A DNA stretch of 64,000 nucleotides from Eledone cirrhosa (taxonomy: Eukaryota): assembly GCA_964016885.1 (NCBI GenBank), contig OZ024740.1:96658001-96722000 (forward strand). The letters are read 5' to 3'. Numbering within the stretch: the stretch's first letter is position 1; each line of letters starts with the position of its first letter. The notes below the pieces were generated by a model. That model saw only the letters and a list, made by a program, of their open reading frames with translations, was not told the origin of the DNA and made no database searches. This document shows, one piece after another, positions 52,627 through 64,000 of this stretch. The translations under genes were made by a program, and so were the position numbers.

Positions 52627-54520
52627 TAGAAACGTTGTACATCAATATGGCACGCCTATGTCATTCTCAGGAATTATGGGTAAAGTTAAAAATTAACAAC
52701 CAATTCTTACAACAACTCCGTAACAGAATAAAGGAGTATGTAAGCACCAACGACATCCTGGTGCATTCGGGCAACATTGGAAACCTCTATTTCGTCAATC
52801 CTGACAGATACTATACACTGATCAGGAGCAGTCTGATCTCCGCCTACAAAAAGGCTAACCATTAAATAATCCATGACATAAATCTAGATGGACAACAAAT
52901 TACCTCCAACCTCAGGGTCGCGAACTGCACTGAACCCCTACGGACTACCTACTTCCCTCTGAAGGACCACAAATCCGACATCGACCGCAAATCATCCATC
53001 AGGCTTATAAAACCGACGAAGTCGGACATACGGAATATCAATAAGAACATCCTAGACCGCGTTATACCAAAAGTTAAGCCAAACGCGAGACTTAGCATTT
53101 GGGTCAGCACCCAGGAAGTCAACTCGTGGTTCAGGAATATTGAGCACAAACAGGACAACAAATTCATCCAGTTCGACATAGAGAGCTATTACACCTCTAT
53201 TACCTTACCGCTTTTTACGGCCGCTTTGGACTTTGCCCAAACACTCACACACATCACCGACCAGGAAAGAAACATAATCCTCCACGCCAGGAAGACAGTC
53301 CTCCTTTTCAACAATTCTAAGAGGATGAAGAGAGCTCCCGACTACCGCTTCGACATCAGTATGGGCGCGACAGACTAGGCCGAGGTGACAGATCTTATAG
53401 GATTATTCCTCCTATATAAACTCACCGAAATGTTTCCTCCATTCGGCGGTGGATTGTACCGAGACGATGGGTTCCTTACCCTCAAAGGTTACAACCCTAG
53501 TACTACAGACCGGGCCCGTAAACAACTAATGAACTTCTTACGGGACTGGGGTTTTTAAATCACCCTACAAACGTCCCTAACCCGAGTCAATTTTCTGGAC
53601 GTTACCTTCAACCTCGAAAATGAACTGTACTACCCATACAGGAAACGAAACACAACCTTCACTACATCCACCGCCGCTCTAACCATCCTAGGAACATTAC
53701 CAATAACCTGGTTAAAAACATCTCCCTCCGTATATCTCGTTTGTCCGCTAATGAGCAGATATTCGATGAACATGCGTCTCATTATTACAAGGGCCTTAAG
53801 CGAAGCGGCTTTCGGGAGGTAATCTCCTTTTACCCAACTTCCCTTAGCGGAACCAGCAAACGACGCCGCTGCTCACGCCACATAACGTGGTTCAACGCTC
53901 CCCACAATGCTGAGGTGGTAACACCAATCGGGAAAATCTTCTTTAGGCTCCTCGAATAACACTTCCCACCACAACAATGCTACCACAACATAATCAACAA
54001 AAACACTATCAATCACTCCTACACCCAACTTCGCACAAAACATCGCCTCCTCAAACAACAAGAAACTCAACCCCTATGGAAGAAACAACCTAGACATTAG
54101 TGGCGAGCCGACCAGGAGGTGTAACTGCCCTGATAGATCTAAGTGCCGCCCTCAACAACAGATGCCAAGAACGTAACTTGATCTACCAATTGAACGTGAG
54201 TACGGAAACCTCCAACAAAGCCTAAAAAGGATTAACCGCTTGTGACTTTAAGACCCGGCTCTACTAACACCGACACACGCTCCGAAACCCGTCCAGGTGA
54301 CATGCCACTAAACTTTCGGGCCACATCTGGGACCTCCAACATAATAACATAACCTAAAATCTTACTTGGAGTTTACTGACCAGGGCGCTGTCCGTGTAAC
54401 TTATGCTCGGAGGAAACATCCAACGGATGTTTACGAAGGACCAAATCCTAAACAAAAAATACAAACTTGTAACTGCATGTAATCACCGATTGCGTAATAC
54501 TTACCTCGCCCTCAAACCTC
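52627..54520 (+). mobile_element. Penelope-like element P2, 5'-truncated, decayed
   Basis: LKDHK..IRLIKPTKSDI, FIQFDIESYY, FDISMG, GLYRDDG, NFLDVTFNL, SNHP, ITWFNAP, CNCPDRSKC. Confidence 0.92.
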
Positions 54521-55235
54521 CTCATGACCCGGGTGGGTAAACAATGGCTGCAACATCCTTCCTTTCACCACTTGCAGAACAAGATAGGGGAAACCCCAGC
54601 ATACATAGGTGGATGTAATTCATTCTTTTTCTTTTTCTTTTCTTTTTCCCTCTATCTCTTCTTATCAATTTCTTCCAGTCCCTCTCCTCTTCCTTTTCTT
54701 TTTCCTCTTTCGCCTTCCCCGAGGCATTCCATTGGGTTTTTAAAGCCTCAGTACCCACATCCCAGTGAACTATATATAGCATTGGCTGAAAACGAAATAC
54801 CTACTAAAACTATAGCAGCTGCTTTAAACTCTAGAGAATGTTTTATTACCTTTTACTATTTAATTTTATTATTGTTAATTTTTTATTTATTATTATAACG
54901 TCCCACTCTCAAATTCCTCCTGAATCCCTTTTCGCCTTTTTCCTAACGAGCCTAACTTCATACACACTTCTTAGAATTTGCTGTATAGAATTCAATTTCA
55001 ACGCTTGACCGGCTCTACCCACTCCCTCATTGTTCTACAGGCATGTTCAGCCACCAAACTGCCATGAAAGATGTAATTGTGTTTACCAATCGTTTTGACA
55101 ACTACAATCTTCCCATATAAGGAATTACACCTTGAAAAGAAAAGTTTTGCTATTTATTACCACGCTGAAAATACAAATTTAGTCCAGAAATGGCCGTAAA
55201 AACGGCTTGAGCTCTGCCGTCGGGGTTATACTTTT

Positions 55236-55267
<32 letters not shown>

Positions 55268-55273
<6 letters not shown>

Positions 55274-57198
55274 TGCAAACTCTGCCAAGAGTATTGCAAT
55301 CGATTGTAAGATTCAGATGTGGGACGCTCGGATATGGCTTTTCAAGCCCGCTAGAATGATGCACTCCTTCACACGGTGACGACAACCACGGATCTCCCTC
55401 GCTTGAGGTCCTGCATCAGGTTGCCAGTGAACCCTCACAACACCGTGGAGATCATAGCCCACTGGTTCTCTTTGAATATGGCTGCGACTGTGGCTACTGA
55501 AACCAGATTTGCTCAAACAAATCTTTCCACACTCAGGGCACTTCAAATCAATGGAGACACCGATTGTTTCGAGAGATGCACCAGGGTATTGCTTACGCAC
55601 GTCCCGTTTGATCTTCTCGTGCTCTATGCGTCTTTCCTCAAAATTATGGACCCTATCATTCACCATTCCACGCCAAGTTTTTCTTTCAAGAGTTTCTATC
55701 TCCCACAAAGCCATCATCAAACCATTGTTTTGTTCAATGAGTCCTTTACACAATCATTGAATCGGAGCTTTGGTTTTTGAGGTGGTCTCTTACCCTCAAA
55801 AAGCTCGCCATACAAGAGTTGTTTTGGGATTCGATCATCCTCCATTCTGCAGAGGTGTCCGGTCCATCGCAAACGCCGTTGGTGGATGATACTCTCAATG
55901 CTCCGACACTCACTTCTCTGAAGGACCTCAACATCACTCACATACATCTGCCACTTCTAACCGACCATCTTTCTGAGACACTGCTGGTGAAACCGTTCCA
56001 CTTTGTGGATATGCCATTTGTAGGCAACCCATGTCTCACATGCATACAGCAAAGCTGACAGTACACATGCAGCATACACTCTCACCTTGGTCCTCATTTT
56101 TATTCCTCGCCTGCACGAAAGACGGTTGTTGTGCCTTCCGAATGACTCACTTGCCTTACTAACACGAAGACCAACTTATGCATCCAGACAGCAGGTCACA
56201 CTCAGAGTACTCCCCGAATACACAAATGTGTCAGTAGCCTTCAGCCTTTGGCCGTATACGTATATGGAGGGTTCATTGAAAACTTTATCTGGAACAGGTT
56301 GGTACATGACGACAGTCTTCTTCAGACTTATTGTCAGTCCCAAAGCACTTCACGCATTGGAAACATAATCCATAAGTTGTTGCATGTCACCCTGGGACTG
56401 TGCAAAGAGATCACAATCATCTGCATATAAAAATTTCTGATTAAGGTACTCTGTGTTGGCAGTGAGACGCCTAAGGTTAAACAGCCTGCCGGAAGTGCGA
56501 TATGTGAGAGAGATACAGTGTTGACAATCCTAGAAGGCCATGAAGAACACCATCGCGAAATACTAGGCAAACAAAGTCGGTGCAGGTATATCACCCTGCT
56601 TGACACTATTTTCAACCGAGATAAGCTCGGACAGTTTACCTCCAACATTCACCATGCCTTCATGTCATCGTGGAAGATTTTCAGAATGTTCACATACTTT
56701 TCAGGACAGTACAATCTCTCCAAAATAACCCACAAAGCCTTCCGATTAACGGTGTCAAATGCCTTGGTCAGATTTGCAAAAAACTTGGTATAAGTCCATG
56801 CGCTGCTCAATGCATTTCTGTTGAAGTTGTTTGGCCTAGAAGATCATGTCAACAGTGCCTCTGCCATTCCTGAAGCCACATTGGACTCAGGAAGTACCTG
56901 AACAGCAATATGCTGTATGAATCTGTCCAACAATATCTTGCACAAAATCCTCCCAGCCACAGATAGCAGTGAAATACCTCAGTAGTTGCCACAGTCATCT
57001 TTGGCTCCCTTTCCTTTGTAAAGAACCACGATCAATGCATCTTTCCAATCCTCTGGCACATCTTCATTCCAAACATTCACAAAGAGATCAGGGAGGCGGT
57101 TTAAGTTGTTATCACCAGCACACTTGAAAATCTCGTCACTCAGTCCATCCATTCCAGGTGAATTGGCGCTGTTTAATTTGGCAATGGCCTTCGCCACC
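55268..57198 (-). mobile_element. RTE-clade LINE, 5'-truncated
   Basis: SPGMDG, WKDALIVVLYKGKG, LPESQCGFR, KAFDTVNR, VKQGDIPAPTLF, YADD, RRLRWTGHLCRM..IPKQLLYGEL, C2H2 CPECGK..H..SH; TA flanks. Confidence 0.93.
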
Positions 57199-58866
57199 TA
57201 TATATATATATACGTAACTACAGTGATTGTTATTTAAAGACTCAGTGTGAAATAATTAAAATCTGCATATACGTTCGATGTTTCTGTTTGTACATAAGAG
57301 ATTACCTACAGCCCTTTCAATGTTATCTCCATCTTCACAAGGATATGACTATGAGCCTGCCAATTGAGTGTTCTTATAGCGGTTTCCATTTATGACAAGC
57401 ACGATATAGAATGGAAATGAAATTGTCAATCTGATTTGCATGACCTGTATAGTGTTAGCAATATCATTATTTAGATATTCAATGTTTATGTACAATACAG
57501 CACGGGATTATTTCGGTATAATTTCCAGAATGTAGCTAAACACTTATACAATATGAGAACTAAACTGACTCTCTTTAGAACCAGCTTCTGTTGAAAATTC
57601 CTCCCATCAATAAACATACCTACAACAATAACTAACGCAAGTTAATAACCAATACGTGATATTCAGCTTGCGGGAATTTGAAGCCGAATCTACATCAAAT
57701 CATACCTTGCGTTATATAAAAACAAGGACATATTTGCCAATTAGGTTTTAGATACATTTTCAACGGTTCTACTTAAGGGTTGCAGACGTTGGTTAAATAC
57801 AACAAATATTCCCTAACCCCAGACTTGCGTAATATAGATCTCGTTTTTCTATCCCCTTATGAGCTCCGTTAGTGAAGAAATTTCATAAGAGACACCCTTT
57901 CTCATTTAGAAAGCATGCCGAAAACGAAACGCTATAATTAAGCACGATAGTTTTTAATAGGTGTTAAATATAGTACTGTGCCTTGTAAGAAGAGATTTTT
58001 GTCTCGATCCAATTTCAATATTATTCTGTCAGCGTAATTGAGTTACTGTAGATCACGTTGTGTGTAAGAGATAAGAAACTTTCGGAACAATATTTCCATG
58101 TCAAATTTTGAGAGGATCAAACACACCTCGATGTCTGACTTAGTGAGTAGAGAGAAAATAAAATCGAGGGGAAAATGCTGAAAATCATCTCTTCAGACCT
58201 AATGATTCAGCTCTTCCACCACTCTCATGTCAGTCCTAATAATGTCAACTGGAATATAATAGGGAATAGTTTGGTAAATTCATTTTGAAACTGATAGATA
58301 CTAAATACAAATGTCATCCATGCAAAATTTAGGCAAAATTAAGAAATCTATGTCATCTCAAATCACATTATAAAGTTAGTATATGAAAAAAAAATGTATA
58401 TATTGAAATTTCAGTGAGCCAACGAATTGATAATTATGTGTGCTCCCCAAGAAAATCAAACACTGGAGGTGTGCCCATGAACATATCCTCAGTTTCAAAA
58501 CACGTTGTAACCATATGTAATTATCAGTATAAAGGAGGATATATTTCAATTTTGTTTTGATAACACGTTCAATCCAGCGCACCAATGAAATAGAGGTGGA
58601 AAAACAGATTTTCGTGCATTTCTTTATTTTTCCTTAACCCGACAAAACATTAAAGAGATAGAGCCAATTTACTGACATAAATCATAAAAAGTCTGGATAC
58701 CATTTTTGCTTAGACAGAGTGATGATATGATGTTCCCTACAATTATGAGTTAGATCGACAAATATGGAAATAAGAGTAAATTAATACATAAAGAAAAGGA
58801 ATAACTTCGTGGAACAAATTGGTATTAGTTTGCAATTTCTTCCTAAGTGCATTTATATATATATAT

Positions 58867-58991
58867 ATAGGAACGAGTAGGACCCCGTCGGCTGAGCTGA
58901 AGCCGTTTCAACGGCTAATTCTGAACTAAATGTCCAGAATTGGCCGACGAAACGGCTTGAGCTCAGCCGTCGGGGTCCTACCTGTTCCTAT
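58867..58991. mobile_element. 125-bp GC-rich fold-back element; half copies at 55181-55240 and 59165-59215
   Basis: ATAGGAAC..GACCCCG.CGGCTGAGCT.AAGCCGTTT mirrored across the centre; all copies abut (TA)n. Confidence 0.85.
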
Positions 58992-59068
58992 TACCCACTC
59001 TACTACCCTAAGTATTGAGTACTTTGGTGCGTTATGGTCCACCTGGTTCCTTAGCACATTTCCTTCGT

Positions 59069-59152
<84 letters not shown>

Positions 59153-59211
59153 CATATATATATATTAGCCGTCAAAACGGCTTGAGCTCAGCCGTCGGGG
59201 TCTTACTGGTT

Positions 59212-59269
<58 letters not shown>

Positions 59270-59285
59270 TACAGTCAAGCACACT

Positions 59286-59444
<159 letters not shown>

Positions 59445-59526
59445 ATGCAAAAGTTCTATTTAAATTGTTGGGATACAACAAGCAAATATTTTTTATAACT
59501 GATATAAAGCACTCGACAAGTATTAT

Positions 59527-59880
59527 ATATTAACAAATGGAAACTATATGTATAAAACCATATTTATTTCATTATACATAGTTCAAGGTTACCAAGTTAA
59601 ATTATGGTATGCCTTCATCAGACAAAATACAATATATACCAGTTTTATAAATAAACATTGACGTACCCTTTCAAAATGTAACCGTTACTTTTGGAAGACA
59701 TCAGGATGTCTTCCAAAAGTAACGGTTGCATTTTGAAAGGGTACGTCAATGTTTATTTATAAAACTGGTATATATTGTATTTTGTCTGATGAAGGCATAC
59801 CATAATTTAACTTGGTAACCTTGAACTATGTATAATGAAATAAATATGGTTTTATACATATAGTTTACATTTGTTAATAT
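59527..59880. repeat. Palindrome with 176-bp arms, 2-nt loop, HHR-like motif in each arm
   Basis: 59527-59702 vs 59705-59880, two mismatches seen; CTGATGA at 59786-59792. Confidence 0.95.
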
Positions 59881-59881
59881 C

Positions 59882-59925
<44 letters not shown>

Positions 59926-60260
59926 TGGATGTGGCATACGTAACTGGACAGTCAATGAATTGGGAAACCGGATTTTAGTAAATATCCTCATTTTGATTCA
60001 TAAATTGTGCCGACCCTGGATACATATAACTTACTCTGAGTTTGTATGCCAGCATTTGTCTGTGTGTTTTTGTGTCAATGAGGTCTTCAAAGAGCAATCG
60101 GTGAAGAGCTGTTGTTTGGCTGGTAGATTTAATTTAAATCTAATTTAAATTATTTCAATGTGTTTGGCACATTTAATCATGTATGCATTGTAGGGCTTTT
60201 AAGATTACTGAAATACGCATTTCCTATTCCACGATTTTTCAAGCAAAGTACGACACTCTG

Positions 60261-60324
<64 letters not shown>

Positions 60325-60373
60325 CAATGTGGTATTTTTAATGAAAGAAACATGTCCTAAACGAGTGAGAGTA

Positions 60374-60659
60374 TAAGGAAAAGAAATCGAAAATGCAACT
60401 GGAGTCTTTTTAAATATATTTATTTGCATCCTTTACCGGTTTTACAGTTCTTATGCTTTTCATAAGTAGAATAGCGATGGAAGGTTTGTGGATTTTTTCG
60501 CATCTGATGTGAGAAAAACCATAAACGCTGCATTTCAATTGCATCTCAATCTTTTGAAAAGGATAGGTTCTGGGAAACTGCTTTTTCTAAAAATTATTAA
60601 ATAAAACAAATAAATATTCTTAAAAGGATTCCAGATGCATTTTCTATTTATTTTGCTTA
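60374..60659. mobile_element. MITE-like element with ~53-bp imperfect TIRs
   Basis: 60374-60426 vs 60607-60659. Confidence 0.65.
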
Positions 60660-60816
60660 AATATATATATATATATATATATATATGACTGCTCTTGCTT
60701 TCAATGTCAACTGATAACGGGAACTTTATGTATTACTTTCTATGAACATTTTGCAGTGATCGTTAGTGATAGCTTCTGCCTTGAATAGTTTTTGCAATGT
60801 TCTGAGCCAAGACACA

Positions 60817-60847
<31 letters not shown>

Positions 60848-62368
60848 CCACACATGCGCGCACATAGACACAGACACACACACACATACCGGTATATATA
60901 TATATTTATATATAAATAAATAAATTATACAATTATCAAAGTTGTGTTCAAATTATTTAATAGCTCACAATCGTTTCTTCCAAACTCTCATTTGGAATCA
61001 TCGGTGCATTATCAATGTTTGTACACGTAATTAACCTCCTATTCAACTGAACAATAATATAGATACATATATATTGATGCTGTGAGCAACAGTTTCGTAT
61101 TTACAGGGTGGAATGGATGTGACATATATTTTACGATAATTGTACAAAAGTTAAAATTAAAATTAAAATTAAAATTAAAATTAAAAATTAAAAGCACAGA
61201 GTGGAATACAAGCAACAGATAATACAAGAGAATAGTCCAATAATTAAAGAGGCATTGTGAACTAGCTTTGAGAAAGAAAGAGTTCATTAGCAATACATAT
61301 GCAGGTTTGTAGAAAGTGCACATTCGTTAGACATATATATGAGAAGGAAATAAGCAAAGTTATCTTGCATATATAGATAATAAATACTGTATTTTAAGCA
61401 AAAATGTAGTGTATTAAAATGGACGTAGTTTGTTGATAGTGTCCGAATTTGTGTTTTTTGAGGCGAATACATTTATTGCAGTCTCTTCCATTACATATGT
61501 TAAATTATATTTTAGTTAATGTTTATATTGAAGGTTTAAGTTAGTTAAATCAATGGATTGTAAACTTGTCTTATTGTATTCATATGCATGGGCTACATTA
61601 GGTCAACAGTTAGGTTTTCTAACGATTAAAATATCCGGAAGTGAGTAAGCGGAGCTAATGTGTAAGGGGGGGGGGGGTAACTAGCTAATTAAATTCAGTC
61701 ATACAAAATCTTTTCTCTAATAAATATTATAATGTGATACAATAGAAACTCTATTATATAATGCTATACATGTATACTTGAATTTAAACACAGTGTGCTT
61801 TATTATAATACATTAAAGGTCCCTTAAAATTGTTATCCATTCATTAGTGGACAAGATATATGTTATGGAAAAATAGCTGTGTCTATGCTTAACTAGATAT
61901 ATCACATGTGCAGCAATATACATTATTGTTTAAAAATTAATCCCATCCATACAATGTATACATTATATATTTAAATATAAATGTATATATACTTTATTAT
62001 TACTACATTGTGTTAAAGGTATATACATGTTATTAATTTAAGTATTTAATTACACAAATGTCTATATAGTTTATTATTACACATTACATTAAATGTCTCT
62101 ATATATTAAATATCCATTACTTTATATAATATAATTCAGCTATACTAGTTATACCAAAAGGTGGTAACTTTATATTTAAATCTAACAGTTATTGCAGAGA
62201 ACAAAACTAGAGGTGCATAGGAGTTGTGTAGAGGGAAGAGCTGATGAAAGAGTGTGTAGTTGTGGGTGCTGATAAATCTTATATGTGAAGTGTTAAAGGT
62301 GGTGGAGAATTCATATCTGACATTAATATATACTAACAGCTAGGTTTAAAGTTATGGAAAGAGTGACG

Positions 62369-62612
62369 CTATCGGTGTTTGCACGAGGAAAATGCCTCTG
62401 ACTTTTTATTAAGGAGGTCTATTTTCGAAAAGATTATAGTATGGGTCTCTAGAAGACAGAGATTACACAATTTATTCGGTGGTTTATAAGATGAGGCCTT
62501 ACCTACTACTTCCCATTGCAGTGTAAATGGTCTATTCCTAGTTTTCAGAGAGTGTACGTAGCTAGATAAAGAAGTGGAGTTGGCTAGATTGTGTTTCTTG
62601 AAAGAGAGGAGG
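62369..62612 (-). mobile_element. Penelope-like element P3, 3' fragment (GIY-YIG tail)
   Basis: LSSYVHSLK..WEVVGKASSY..CNLCLLE..LLNKKSE..CKHR, homologous to the end of P1. Confidence 0.85.
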
Positions 62613-64000
62613 TTAATTACATGTACAAACATTGATAATGCTCCGATGACTCCAATGAGAGTTTGGAAGAAAAGATTGTCACCAATTAAATGATTTGAAC
62701 ACAGCTTTGATAATTGTATAATTTATTTATTTTCCTGCTCTGTAAAACAACTGATGTTCATTCATTGAGCTATTTCTCTTACTGGTAATAAGGTAATTGG
62801 AAATGATTTACCTTCCTGTTTATTGTTGTTTATACTATATACATAGCTATAAATAGTATTATTATTATCTTTATATATATGTATCTATATATATATAGAT
62901 ACATATATATGTGCGTGTGCGTATGTGCATATACGCGTGTGTGAGCGTGTGTGTGTGCGTTTATGTATGTGTGTGTCAAAACCATTCAAGGTAGAAGTTA
63001 TCAGTAACGACCGCTGCAGAATTTCTATTTAAATTTTCTCGTGAGCAGCTGAAATTCGGCGTGATTTAGTAACGTACGTTTTATTGGGTTACTGATTTAG
63101 ATATAGGTGTGGCAGTTTTAATACCAGTATTCATCCACGAATTTAATTTCTGATGTGATATTTGTTATGTAGTTTTTTGTAGTTTTATTTTTTACGTAGA
63201 TTTAGTCGAGCCTGATAAATGATCTACATATGTCGGAATCGATATCACATTTGTAATTGTTGTACGATGGCCTATGAAGTCTCGATGTATGATACTAGTA
63301 GTTTACAACATCTTTAGAGCTTTAAATTATCAATATTATTAAGATATACTTCACGAAAACCAACTACACTTCAGTTATGTTTTACTAGTTCGTGTTAGAG
63401 TATGATGACGTTTGTTTAGTTTAGATGTTCAATGAACTGAACATATTTCATGTTACATAATGCGTACGAGGTTGACTATTCCGCAGCTATGTGTACGCTT
63501 AGTGTAATCCCCCCGCTGAATTCCAATGGCACAAGATCCTACAATTATTTACCTTCCAATTATAGATATAATCCTTCCGATAGACTTCCCACCAATTTCA
63601 CTCAGGTGGTGAGGTTCGACCTGAAACTATATTAAAGACGCTTTTCGCAAAAGTCATCACAAAGGGTGATCGTACCCAGAATCAGATGATAAGTATTCGA
63701 ATTGGCGAGCATACCTATATATGACCTGCACGGTCGCTTACGTTCTACGACGGTCATATGATCAATATTAAATCTAAATACTAGTAGATTGACGTTTACT
63801 GCACTGGAAATGGATCCATTTCATTTCTGGCAATGTTCGTTTCAAGTCATTGTATACTTGTAAAGTAATTACTACTAACTACAATATATCTGCTGAATTG
63901 ATCTGGTAACAATTTATTTTCTTCAAGCGTGTATAAAACAAATATTAGGTAAGTAGGGAAGAAAATTGTCAGTCGTTAAGTGTACACATTCAAATTTCGA

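Noticed and set aside
57372-57455. Stem followed by GAAA and a second stem
   Set aside because: No CUGANGA box; cannot be called a hammerhead.

Overview
AT-rich, intergenic or intronic animal DNA with no recognisable host gene. The SINE family, the (TA)n tracts and the repeat content suggest an octopus or other cephalopod (inference). The window is mostly mobile elements: five Tx1-clade retrotransposon copies stacked head-to-tail in (TATC)n microsatellite (11.8-23.8 kb), three decayed Penelope-like elements (PLEs), an RTE LINE, an RLE-type LINE, Helitrons, tRNA-derived SINEs and fold-back/MITE elements. The most notable region is 36.9-40.1 kb, where two different non-coding units carry hammerhead ribozymes (HHRs). 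One is a near-identical 467-bp unit in a tandem-plus-inverted array with four minimal type I HHR motifs. The other is a 631-bp terminally redundant unit with a complete type I HHR. Both lie in (TA)n between the arms of an older inverted repeat, next to a PLE. They look like retrozymes or circRNA-derived replicons mobilised by PLE reverse transcriptase (inference). All pairings and alignments were made by eye; nothing was computed or searched.
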